Positions 25,557 through 37,474 of a DNA stretch of 64,000 nucleotides are shown piece by piece. Source of the stretch: Octopus sinensis (Eukaryota); contig NC_043015.1 of the NCBI RefSeq assembly GCF_006345805.1, positions 992,001 through 1,056,000 on the forward strand. The letters run 5' to 3'. Under the pieces are notes generated by a model, which was given only the letters and a program-made list of their open reading frames with translations, made no database searches and had not been told where the DNA came from. Within the stretch, counting starts at the first letter, position 1. Every line of letters begins with the position of its first letter. The position numbers and the translations under genes were made by a program.

Positions 25557-26973
25557 TCATTTAGCAGGTACCTCTATGACAAATATAAATTATGTAAATA
25601 ATGTGCATAATTCCACAACACTTAAATATAGGAATGTATTCACGTAACAATCTCAGATAAAGAACTTTTGGAATATCTTTCAAATCTTCACAGTGCCACT
25701 TACAGATTAGACTTGGAGAATCCGCATGCGGGCATGTTTACAGACATGCATGCAAGCATATATGTATTTATGTATGCATGCATGTATGTGTTTATGTATG
25801 TACGTATATATGTGTGTATGTATATGTATGTATGTTAATACGTACGTATAAGTGTGTCTGTATGTTTGTGTGTATGTGTGTGGATTGGTGTGTGTGTGTG
25901 AGTATATCAGCATGTGTGCTTACGTATTTTAATTATACAGAATGTATTCAAACCAAATTACGACGGGGGACAAACAGAAGCAATCAAAACAGCAAACTGA
26001 AAATAATTTACAAAACTTTTAAACGCCGTTAAATCCGCTATGTATACTTAGCAAGAGATCCTAATTATTTGTCTTAGCTAATTACTGACAGACTGCATGC
26101 CGAATATTTTCTCTACTCCATCAACGAATCTCACTTCATGTTCAAAAATAACAAGGCACTTGAATCCATTTTGTTTTTTTCTCTTTCCGTTGTTATTCGA
26201 CGACATCACACCAGCACCTCCACTCGCGCGGCGTAGTGTCCGGCATGTATGCTACAATTTCATAAAACCCATGATTAAACGCTTAAAGTTTGTGCGGAGC
26301 TTTAATTAAGTAATATTGATTACTTACTGACACCTTACATGTTTGCTTTTGTCTAAGTACCTCTTTAATCGTGTTTGCTTTTATGCGTGCGCCGTTGCGC
26401 ATGTGTATAGCCCTGTGTGTTCCATACGTTTCGCTATCTCTCTTTTCTTCCTACGTATATGTCATTGCACTGGCAAAGTGAATGATGATGTGTATTTTAT
26501 TATTATTATTTCTTTTTAATTCTTAGTTGTATTTGCGGATACATATTAATCAATGAGTATTAATGTTTAAACGAGGTAGAATGACGGAATGATGGAGGAT
26601 TATTCTTACGTCCCGATTACATGTTCTTCGGTGTATTAAGTATCAAAGCTTCTGGCTTACATGTTTCTTTTTTTTTTATTCTTTTTGCTTTTATTTAGAT
26701 ATTCTTTTCGTTATTAACCATGGCGGAGATTTAATTAGAAATACAAAGTAAACATTTAAAAAAAAGAGAAAATAGTACAAGTAACAAGTTTTTAGAATTG
26801 TATAAGGTGTATATTATTACACTGGATTTAAGTTACAAAACAAGCCGTAAGGACATTCGATTTCTTTTTTTTTTTTTTTGCTATTCATTATGAGATTAGT
26901 AGAAGAGTATACTGCATGTTTACCTAGCGAGTCAAAATACATGTTTATTTAAAATACACCTTGAATACTTTTG

Positions 26974-27682
26974 GATCTTCGCTTTTTTACCGACAGGTTT
27001 AAAAAATAATTTTTTTTCTGACTAAACACTTTCAAACTCGGACACTGGTAGAATGTGTCATATAAAACATATTTTGCTCTTAGTTTGTCACTGTTATTTA
27101 TGATGTCGTTCGTGCGTTTGTACTGATTTTAGCTTTAAGGTTTTAGGATTAGGATTAGGATTTTAGGGTTAGGGTTAGTGTTTTAGGGTTAGGGTTAGGG
27201 TTTAAGTGTTAGGGTTAGGGTTTTAGGGATAGGGTTAGGGTTTTCGGGTTAGGGTTAGGGTTTTAGGGTTAGGGTTAGGGTTTTAGGGTTAGGGTTAGGG
27301 TTTTAGGGTTAGGGATAGTGTTAGGGTTGGGGTTTAGGGTTAGGGCTAGAGTTTTAGGGTTAGGGTTAGGGTTTTAGGGTTAGGATTAGGGTTTTATGGT
27401 TAGGGTTGTCATAAATAACAGTGACAAACGAAGTATACACTGCCGGAAGTTCTTGTTGACAAACAACAACTGTAATTTTATTCAGCTGAATACGCGTCAT
27501 TGATTGGTTGAAATTACCGAAATACTACAACTTTAACGCGAAATAACTTCCTATATATAAGCTTTTCTCAAAAACGCTAAGAGTAAAATACGTTTTATAT
27601 AACACATTCCCCCAGTATCCGAAACTTGAAAATATTTACTTACAATTTTTTTTTAAATCTGTCGGTCAAAAGGAAAAGATTC
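26974..27682. mobile_element. Foldback/MITE-like element with ~110-bp outer inverted arms enclosing a telomere-like array
   Basis: 26974-27083 aligns with the reverse complement of 27577-27682 (TTTT.ACCGACAG.TTTAAAAAA...TTTCAA...CGGA.ACTGG..GAATGTGT.ATATAAAAC.TATTTT.CTCTTAG). Inner perfect 21-bp inverted repeat at 27083-27103 / 27409-27429. Confidence 0.75.
27135..27407 (+). repeat. Interstitial telomere-like array with 20-bp higher-order unit TT(TTAGGG)3
   Basis: Direct reading: TTTTAGGGTTAGGGTTAGGG repeated with variants (TTAGGA, ATAGGG, TTAGTG). Confidence 0.9.
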
Positions 27683-28086
27683 ATACTATTTACATATTTT
27701 ACATATTTCTATATTTCCTATGTGAAAATCGCTATCACTGTTTATAAATATTCGAAGTGTTAATTATTGTCCTACTCGATTCTCAATGGCGTGGATGACA
27801 ATTTGCTCTTGAGAAATAAGAGATCGAAAGCCATGATATGTGTAGACATAATTTTCCGCGTATATGCAAAGATCTGAGAAAGTGTGGGCAAGCTTGAATG
27901 TATTAACGTTTGTGAAGAAAATGTGTCTTCGTGCTCTAGTAGAAGCAGTGATCTGAATTATGTCGGACGTGGTATGTGCGATTTTGCAGGACACTAATAA
28001 TGTATGGAGATCAATCATGTCTTGTAAGCAGTTGATGGTGAGATTTTCCTCAACATTAACCCTATGAATTAAATGATTTTGAGGTA

Positions 28087-28538
28087 CAGCAAACCCTAGC
28101 CATATCGCGGGTCACCTATTTCACCCTCAGTATATCACGGATTTTTCTGGCTAATATATGTAAATTTACATCGCAGACTTCTCAGTATATCGCTCTTTTC
28201 TGTAGTATATATTTAAAAAAATTTAATTATCTCCGTGGTCAAATAAACATTTTGAGGCCTAAAAATTAATAAGTATACAGTACTGTACTGCACTGTATAA
28301 CACATTAATGCATAGGGTACCGTAGATGAGTAAACAAGGAATCCCACATACTGTATAGAAAACGAAATTCTGGAGGAGAGTGTGTGGTGTTCTCTTGCAC
28401 TTATAATAAAATAAATATATATAAATTATAAAAATAATTTTTTTTAAATATACAGTACAGTAGTTTTTGTACTTCGCGTATTTTCACCTATCGCTGGGGT
28501 TCTGGAATGTAACATACACGATTGTCGAAGGATTACTG
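28087..28538. mobile_element. Tigger/pogo-type MITE
   Basis: TA|CAGCAAACCCTAGCCATATCGCG ... CACGATTGTCGAAGGATTACTG|TA: degenerate CAGT..CC.TCG TIRs and TA TSD; AT-rich non-coding interior with GTACTGTA motifs. Confidence 0.7.
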
Positions 28539-28981
28539 TATATAGTGTAGGGTCTGTTCATCCAGCAAAGACAACAAAATTCCAAATTATATCAGGCTTG
28601 TGCTTTGTGAAGTCGCTTTTTATTCAGCTTGTCTAAGATTTTTCCATAGTTCTCTCTAAAGAAATCACATACATATTTCGTAATATCTAGCTAATTAAGG
28701 GCCACAGCACTAGATACCGTAAGGCAAGATTATGATCTCATCTGGGTAGTATAGATTTCATGGTACTTAGAGAACTAATGATGACTGAATTATTAAGTAA
28801 ATATATAAGTTGACATGCGTAAACCTTTTGAAAATGTTAACATAGATTCCAATAATTACACCACACCGATTTTTCAATTCTTTTTCGTCTTCCCATTTAC
28901 ACACGCCATTTCTCTTGTATGGCATTTGTTTCTGAGACACAACACACATACACACACACGCACACACCCAAACACACACAC

Positions 28982-29017
<36 letters not shown>

Positions 29018-29075
29018 CATATCAATCGTTCATTATTTCAATCGACAAAATATTGTTATTATTATTATTATTATT

Positions 29076-29534
29076 GAGTGAGAGAGCAGTTCATGCCATC
29101 AAAATGACACTGGGGTAAAATATACGAAGCCCAATATACCCATCATGACTACCCGTCTGATAAAGGTACACCAGGCACATGCATCACAACCATATGTGCG
29201 CGACATGGTGATCGCATATCAAGATAAACAGCACATGACCTTGCAGGTGGGGCCCAGTTAGAATTTTCTTCAGGTTGAGTAGCCCATCCCGCTCAAACGG
29301 TCCTTGAAAAGGGTTGTTTAAGGATGTTGAAAGAACCACCTATGTTTCCAGAGGTGAAAATTCAAACCCCAAAGAATCCCTCTCAACACATGGCCACGAT
29401 GCTCCCCCACTACTTCTGCTCGTGATCAGAGATGGCACATATCGTCAGCTAGGGACATGCTCAACTGGTTAAGGCAAACAACTGACAAGCAAATCTGTGG
29501 TATTGAGCAGAATATTTGCTGTAGCCCATCTTTG
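29076..29534 (-). mobile_element. Non-coding retroposon segment inserted within an (ATT)n microsatellite
   Basis: A complex GC-balanced block bounded on both sides by (ATT)n (29057-29075 and from 29535); on minus it ends in an (AAT)n tail. It resembles a high-copy octopus repeat by recall only. Confidence 0.55.
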
Positions 29535-29545
29535 TATTATTATTA

Positions 29546-29592
<47 letters not shown>

Positions 29593-29780
29593 AGTAGTGT
29601 AGTAGCAGTAGTAGTAGTAGTTAGTAGTAGTAGCGTAGCAGCAGCAGCATGTTTTGTAGTAGTATTGTTATCCTTATTAATTAAATTTCGACGTTTTTTA
29701 CTTCGTTCTTGTTCCTCGTATTCTGGTTCGTCCAATATAGACGCTCGCGTGGACGTAAATTGCGGCATACGTGCACGTAT

Positions 29781-29824
<44 letters not shown>

Positions 29825-30180
29825 ACACATACACACACACACACATACACACACACACACACACACATACACACACACACACACATATATATATATACAG
29901 AGAGAGAAAGATACATACTATTTATATACATACATACCCACGCATAGAACCATAAAAAATACACAGATAAAACCCATACAAAATCATATACCTATGCCGA
30001 GACATAGGGACACAGATATTGCCCTCAGTTATATTTTCTTATATTGAGCAAATAATTGCAAAGGGATTTTGACCTTTCGGGGTCACACACAGAGGACAAC
30101 AATAAGCGAAATTAGAAAGTAAATCTATTATAACTGCCAATAAAATATGATTGTTTGCTGTGAAAGCCTTTGTATAGGCA

Positions 30181-31230
30181 GAACATGTTGTCGTCGTTCG
30201 TGGTGGTGGCGGCGGCGGCGGTTGTGGTGGCGGTTGCGGTAGTGTTGGTGGTGGTGGTGGCGGCGGCGGCGGTTGTGGTGCTTTTGTTCTTGGTGTGATG
30301 GTGGGGGGTGTGTTTGTTGGTGGTGGTGGTGGTGTCGGTGGTGGCGGCGGGTGGTGGCGGTTGGTGGTTGTTCGGCTGTGGTGTTGGATTTGGCGGCGGT
30401 TGTGGTGGTGGTGTTGTTGGTGGTGGTAGTGTTGGTGGTGGCGGCGGTTGTGGTGTTGGTGGTGGCTGACGGTGGTGTGTCGGTTGGTGGTGTTGTCGGT
30501 GTGGCGGGGCGGTTGGTGGTGTCGGCTGTGGTGTTGGATTTGGCGGCGGTTGTGGTGGTGGTGTTGTTGTGGTGGCGGCGGTTGTGGTGTTGGTGGTGGC
30601 GGCGGCGGTTGTGGTGTTGGTGGTGGCGGCGGTTGTGGTGGTATTGGTGGTGGTGGTGGTGTTGGTGGTAGCGGCGGTTGTAGTGGTGTTGGTTGTAGTG
30701 ATGGTGGAGCTGTATGAGGTGGTGGCGTTGAACTTAAGTTGGTTGTCATCGTCGTCCGCGTCCTCGAGGTTGTTCTTGTTGCTGATGTTATTGTTGTAGT
30801 ATTCGTTGAGGTTTTCAGTTGTGGTAGTGATAGTGGTGATACTGCCGTTGTTGGTTTGTTTTCTTCTTCTTATTATTGTTTGTGTTGTTGTCATAGACCC
30901 TGGTATAGATTGTTGTTGCTGCCATTGCTGATCCTGCTGTTTCCGTAGTTGGTCTTGCTGTTATTGATGGTGGTGATGGTAGTGGTAGTGGTGGTGGCGG
31001 TGGTAGTGGTGGTGATAGTGGTCGTACTGGTAGTTTTGGTTGTTGTTATTGTTGTTGTCATCGTTCATCAGACTTGTGTTGTCGTTGCTGCTACGAGTTT
31101 TCGTAATTGTTGTTGTTACGGGAGGTGGTCATCGCAGTGGTGGTAGCAGTGATATAGCTGAGGCTGCTGCTGTTGTTGTTGTTGTTCTGGCTGTTGTCCC
31201 TGGCAGTTACATTGTTTGTTGTGGCTGCCG
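30181..31230. repeat. GC-rich degenerate trinucleotide (GGT/GTT/GGC)n tract with an internal 48-bp duplication
   Basis: Direct reading; identical 48-mers at 30372-30419 and 30522-30569 (150 bp apart). Confidence 0.9.
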
Positions 31231-31333
31231 TTGAATCCCGGTTTGATGTTGATGTTCATAGGTTTTGCTCTCGATGTTGTTCCCGTTATAGTTCATATTG
31301 AGATTTCAGCGCATGTTTTCTCTTTGTTATTCT

Positions 31334-31453
31334 TGCGTGGCACCTTGGGCAAGTGTCTTTTACTATAGCCTCGGGTCGACCAAAGCCTTGTGAGTGGATT
31401 ACGTAGACTGAAACTGGAAGAAGCCCGCCGTATATGTATCTCTCTCGCTCTCT

Positions 31454-31502
<49 letters not shown>

Positions 31503-31754
31503 CGTGTGTGTATGTGTGTGTATGTGTGTGTGTGCATGTATATGTTTATGTGTCTGTTTGTTCCCCACCACCACCAGCATTGGTTGTCAAGCGATGCTGG
31601 CGTGTTTACGTCCCCATAACTTAGCGATTCTGCAAAAGACACCGATAGAATAAGTACTAGGCTTACAAAGAATAAGCTCTGGGATTCGACTATAGAGGTG
31701 GTGCTCTATCATGGCCGCTGTCAAATGACTGAAACAAGTAAATGAGTAAAAGAG
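31334..31754 (+). mobile_element. SINE family B, 5'-truncated
   Basis: GCGTGGCACCTTGGGCAAGTGTCTT..., internal (TA)n(TG)n, tail CAAATGACTGAAACAAGTAAATGAGTAAAAGAG. Confidence 0.85.
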
Positions 31755-32139
31755 TGTTGCTTAACCTGTCATTCTGTTACATTCCCTTATTCTCGGGATG
31801 TCTTTGAAGAATTGGACAGAGGCCATTCTGGGATTTGAAGACTATTTACTTTGTTTATTTATTTATTTTTTTTACCGTAGATGGTAACAATTGTGTTACT
31901 GCTAAGGCAGCAAGCAGGCAAAATCCTTAGCTCACCGGAGAAATTGCTTAGCGGCATTTCGGCCGTCATTGCATTCTGACTTCAAATTTCGCCGAGGTCG
32001 CCTTTGACTTATATTCTTTCGGGCTCAATAGAATAGGTACCAGTTGAATAAAGGCATCATTGTTATCGACCCCCAAAGCTGCTTGTCTTGTACCAAAATT
32101 TGAAACCAATGTTTGTACTGTTGCTACTGCAGGGAAGTA

Positions 32140-32198
<59 letters not shown>

Positions 32199-32220
32199 TG
32201 TTGTTGTTATTGTTGTTATC

Positions 32221-32432
32221 GCGGCAGAAACGTTACCACGCCGGGCGAAATGCTTAGTAGTATTTCGTCTGCCGCTACGTTCTGAGTTCAAATTCCGCCG
32301 ACGTTGACTTTGACTTTCATCCTTTCGGGGTCGATAAATTAAGTACCAGTTACGCACTGGGGTCGATATAATCGACTTAATCCCTTTGTCTGTCCCCTAT
32401 GTGTTTAGCCCCTTGTGGGTAGTAAAGAAATA
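32221..32432 (+). mobile_element. SINE family A (younger tail type)
   Basis: GGCAGAAACGTTA..TTCTGAGTTCAAATTCCGCCG..CCTTTCGGGGTCGATAAATTAAGTACCAG..GTAAAGAAAT. Confidence 0.9.
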
Positions 32433-32641
32433 TATAGTTATATAGTACATTGTGAGTGTAACGCTGGTAGTGTATAATTTGAGGTATATATCACTTTGAT
32501 TTCCTGGCGTTTTTTAAGAACAGTTCACACGTCATCCTTCTTTCTGTTATCGAGTATTTTGTTGCATATATATATCTAAGCCTATTCAGTATGTATCTTT
32601 GTTAGTGGAGATTCTTTACATTTGCGATTCATTCTGTATAG

Positions 32642-32682
32642 AAGAAATATACACGAGCACTGAAAGGTGTGTATATGCTAAG
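32642..32682 (+). CDS. Candidate upstream exon of predicted gene 1 (41 nt)
   Basis: TTCATTCTGTATAG acceptor and AAG|GTAAGA donor; two frames open (KKYTRALKGVYML.. or EIYTSTERCVYAK). Linkage to the downstream exons is unproven. Confidence 0.2.
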
Positions 32683-32721
32683 GTAAGACGAACATGCATT
32701 TCCTCTACTAATAATACTTTT

Positions 32722-32922
32722 TACTATAGGTAAAAGGCCAGCAGTTTCAAGGAGGGGGAAAGGCGACATCAACCCCAGTGCTCAATTGTTACATATTTTA
32801 CAACTCCGAAAGGATGAAAAGCAAAGCTCACCTCGGCGGAATTTGAACTCACAATGTAAAGACGGACGAAAGGCCGCTAAGCATTTTTTCCGGCATGCTA
32901 AAGATTCAGACAGCCCACCGCT
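32722..32922 (-). mobile_element. SINE family A (older tail type), inverted relative to 32221-32432
   Basis: CCGAAAGGATGAAAAGCAAAGCTCACCTCGGCGGAATTTGAACTCAC..GCTAAGCATTT on plus is the reverse complement of the head and core. Confidence 0.8.
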
Positions 32923-32973
32923 TTTTCTTCAATTAATAACAAAGTGTAAAATTCCACTTTAACTTTAGCATAT

Positions 32974-33123
32974 TCTTTTATTTGTTTCAGTTATGTGACT
33001 GGAGCCATGCTGGAGCACCGCCTTTAGTCGAACAAATCGACCCCAGGACTTATTCTTATTTTATCGGTCTCTTTTGCACAACTGCAGAGTTACGGGAACG
33101 TACACACGCCAACAGACACACAA

Positions 33124-33205
<82 letters not shown>

Positions 33206-33385
33206 GCATGTATGTATACGAGGGGCTTCTTTCAGTTTCTATCTACCAAACCTACTTACAATGCTTTGATCGGCACGAGGCTATAGTAGAAGACAATTGT
33301 CCAAGGGTGCCGCGCAGAGGGACTGAACCCGGAAACATATGTTTGGGAAGGAAGCTTTTTACCACGAAGCGACTCCTACGCCTAT
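32974..33385 (-). mobile_element. SINE family B, full length
   Basis: Tail TTTGTTTCAGTTATGTGACTG, internal (CA)n(TA)n, head ending GACTCCTACGCCTAT. Confidence 0.85.
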
Positions 33386-33980
33386 ACATATCTATATACA
33401 TTTTTTAGCACCATTTATTCATGCGTTATAATCCCTGCTGTTAATCATCGCTCAGCATTATTTATCATTGGATTTTAAGCATTTGAATTTATATCGCAAT
33501 ATATCACAAATGTCACTCTTTCTGATACATGGCTTTTCCGCGGTTTTCATTGTTTGTGCCTTCATTCACACTTCGTATAAACTTGGACATTTTCCTCTTA
33601 GGGGATTATATCGATGATGTTGTTGAATACGTTGAGTTAAGAGCTTTGTCACACACTAGTCTTATTTTTTTATGCAAGATGGTGGGCTCTGTCAATGAGA
33701 AAACATTTAAAGCCTTATAAGATGTAGGAGATAAGACATCCGTGAGAAGTTGACTGCGTATAGAAGGAGTTCTCCATATTCACGATATCTCTATACCAAA
33801 AATTATTAGGTATTAATAGTTGATATTGTTGCTGTTGTTGACGGCGGCGGCGGCGGTGGTGGTGGTGGTGGTGTGGTGGTGGTGGTGTTTGAGTGAGGTT
33901 CGCTGTGTATTTTAATTTTGTTTCTTAGTCCGTGGTATTAAATTCATGCATGGATATGTACAAAAGTGTGTGTTTGGAGA

Positions 33981-34029
<49 letters not shown>

Positions 34030-34519
34030 GTATATATGTTTGCGCGTGTGTGTATGTGTTCATCTGTTGCATTTATTATCTTTTAGTACTTTCATTGTGT
34101 CTCCACAATGTTTAATCTGAGGAAGGGCTTTCATTTAAAATGATGAGTGACTTACGAACAGCGAAGGAGGGAAAGGAGGAGGAGAAAAGGGTGAAGGGGA
34201 AGAGAAGAAGAACTACAATAACAAAAAATCAACAAAAACGAAATAGTAGGTATAGGTACGGCTAGAATATGCGCTACCCACAATAAAGAGGGATTAAAAT
34301 TGTCTCAATAGGGCAAGTCTAAATATTTACAACGAACTTTTATTACTGTTGTTATTATGAAGGTAACGAGTTGGCAGAATCGTTAGCACGCTGAACAAAA
34401 TGCTTAGCAGCATTTCGCCAGTCGCTACGTTCTGAGTTCCAATTCTGCCGAGGTCGACAGAATAAGTAACAATTAAACACTGGGGACGATGTAATTCAGT
34501 CGTCTCCTCCCCACAAAAT

Positions 34520-34618
34520 GGTATCTACACATCAAATTTGAGCGCAATCGGATGGAGGATCTCGAGATCCTAGAAGACACACGCACACAGACAGACAGAG
34601 CGGATTTTATATAATAGA
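34520..34618 (-). mobile_element. Helitron 5' terminal fragment
   Basis: Minus strand A|TCTATTATATAAAATCCGCTCTGTCTGTCTGTG, the same 5' TC + TATATAAAA + (CTGT)n layout as the 14325 end; no 3' CTAG end seen. Confidence 0.55.
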
Positions 34619-34987
34619 TTTCTAATCACTGAGATGAAACTATATTTTGTTATGTATTGTGAACTATGAAAGAAAAAGTACACGTGATACAATTGTTACA
34701 CACATAGGTCCATGCATGCATACCTACATGCATATATACACGCATACATTCGTAAAATACATCGTTGTTATTATGCAAATGTGTCGGTAGTCGAAACCGC
34801 TGCTTTTTTCAGAAAACGAAAAAGAAGTTCCACTAATCCTTAGTAAAACCGTTGTACTACGCTGAAAATTTTTGATATCCTGACATCTGAAGCAGCTGAA
34901 GATATGATATTTTGACCGTAAGAACCGGCTATTGTAGGCAAAAATAAATATTCTTTTCTGGGCATAACGCCTGAAATTTTGGAAAGG

Positions 34988-35530
34988 TGGCCAGTCGATT
35001 CGATCAACCCCAGTACGCAACTGGTTCTTGATTTATCGACTCCGAATGGATGAAAGGCAAAGTCGACCTCGGCTGAATTTGAACTCAGAACGTAGCGGCA
35101 GTCAAAATACCGCGATGCATTTCGCCCGGTGTGCTAATATTTCATATTACTTTATTGCCCACAAGGGGCTAAACATAGAGGGGACAAATAAAGACAGACA
35201 AACGGGTTAAGTCGATTATATCGACCCCAGTGCGTAACTGGTATTTTATTTATCGACCCCGAAAGGATGAAAGGCAAAGTCGACCTCGGTGGAATTTGAA
35301 CTCAGAACGTAACGGCAGACGAACTAACGCTAAGCATTTCGCCCGGCGTGCTAACGTTTCTTATTTCTATGTTGCCCATATGGGGTTAAACGTTGAGGGG
35401 ACAAACAAGGACAGACAAAAGGATTAAGTCGATTACATTGACCCCTGAGCGGAATTTGAACTCACAACGTAGCGGCAAACGAAATACTGCTAAGCATTTC
35501 GCCCGGCATGCTATCGTTTCTGCCTGCTCG
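34988..35530 (-). mobile_element. Head-to-tail trimer of SINE family A
   Basis: Three consecutive copies with junctions at about 35143 and 35361 (GCTAA.(G/A)TTTC joined to the TATT.CT.T.TTGCCCA tail). The 35362-35530 copy lacks the core. Confidence 0.85.
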
Positions 35531-35629
35531 TCGCCTTGGAAGCAGTTAATATTGAAAGAAATTTGGATATACGACAGTTTAACTTAATAGCAACGAGATA
35601 TATTCATCCATATCTAATGTAAAATTTAG

Positions 35630-35680
35630 CTAACGTACCCAGATTGTGTAGAAGATTTTTAAGAATCATTGATGGGAACG
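35630..35680 (+). CDS. Candidate exon of predicted gene 1 (51 nt, phase 1-1)
   Basis: AAAATTTAG acceptor and ACG|GTAAGG donor; NVPRLCRRFLRIIDGN. Confidence 0.22.
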
Positions 35681-36375
35681 GTAAGGAGGAAGAAAAAATA
35701 TGTAAGTTTAATATGAAAAAAGTGCTAGAACTGTGGTTGGAAGTAATAATGAGCTTTCGAGAACAAGAATAGAGTGATAAATAGGAAGAGATAGCGATGG
35801 GTAGTCCAACGAGAACACGTACTATAAGATACCATATATATATATATATATACATATGTATATATGTGCGTGTGTATTTGTGTGTGTGTGCTTGTGTGTG
35901 TATGTATGTGTGTGTGTCTACGTGTGAGTGGTGGGCCAGCAGCTGCTAACTAACCTATTTACATATGAATTAATTCGCTGTGGACGTACGACAAGCTTTA
36001 GGATTTTGACAAAGCATTAAAGATGAGTAAGAGAAAAAAACCCACAATAAAAGGGATTTTTTTTCTGTCCCGTTCGGTTTATTTCGTTTTGTTTGTTGTC
36101 TTTACTTTCCGTTTCATTTGTATATTTGTTTGTTTTTTTTTGTACTTTATTTTTTGTACTTTTTTTTCTCATAAGTGGGTTCTTTTCGTTAAGCACATGA
36201 TGGGTGCTTGGGCGAGGTTTTATATGTAGCGATGGGTATATGTTTCTGGATGATGGGTGGAGAAAATAACCTGTTTCAAAGTTCAGTTTCTACAAAAGTT
36301 GTCCATAATAAATAGTGACACTTAATGACAACAAGCGACACCTAAAGACTGAGCATTCTGACGAAACAGAAATTC

Positions 36376-36462
36376 TCACTACGCCAAATAATAATGATAA
36401 TAATAAAACTAATAATAATAATAATAATAATAATGATAATAATAATAATGATAATAATAATG

Positions 36463-36495
<33 letters not shown>

Positions 36496-36848
36496 TTAAT
36501 AATGATGATGATAATAATAATGTTAATAATAATAATATTAATAATGATAATAATAATAATAATAATAATAATAATATTAATAATGATAATAATAATAATA
36601 TTAATATTAATAATGATAATAATAATAATAATAATATAATAATAATAATGTTAATAATAATAATAATAATTATTATAATGTTAATAATAATAATGTTAAT
36701 TTTAATAATAAGAAGAATGATAATAATGTTAATAATGATAATAAAAGTAATAATAATAATAATAATAATAATGATAATAATAATAATACGAAGAAGAAGA
36801 AGAAGAAGAAGAAGAAGAAGAAGAAGAAGAAGAAGAAGAAGAAGAAGG
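36376..36848. repeat. (AAT)n/(GAT)n tract followed by (GAA)n
   Basis: Direct reading. Confidence 0.95.
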
Positions 36849-37285
36849 ATCTAGTTTGTTTTTTTTTGCTATTGGTATTTTAAGGATTCTTTTTCTCTCC
36901 CCATATTTACTGATTTCGTTATTGATCACTCACTTTGTTCCTTTTGTTAAGGATCATCTCAGCAAAATCTTTTTTTTCCGGAGAAACAGAAACGAAATCA
37001 AAATGAACAAACGACGAATCTCAACTGAGAAAAAAGTCTTAAAAAGAAAAAAAAAATGGTTACAATAGCTAAGCGCATTGATGCAGATATGCTTTGAATT
37101 GAAGAATTATACGGAATGAGAAAATGATAAAGTAAGACAGCTCAGAGAACTTCGTTAGTTTTCTCTATTTAACAAGCAAACAGTAAAGAAAATAGCAATT
37201 TATATATGTATATGTATATTTGTGTGAGTGCGAGCGCATATATATATATAATATATATATATATATTATATATATATATTATATA

Positions 37286-37381
<96 letters not shown>

Positions 37382-37422
37382 AATAATAACACATGCTGAG
37401 ATACAAACATGGAGATACATAC

Positions 37423-37474
<52 letters not shown>

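Noticed and set aside
27135-27407. A true telomere or chromosome-fusion scar
   Set aside because: The array is short, single-orientation, has a 20-bp higher-order period and is enclosed by inverted repeats; there is no head-to-head TTAGGG/CCCTAA junction.
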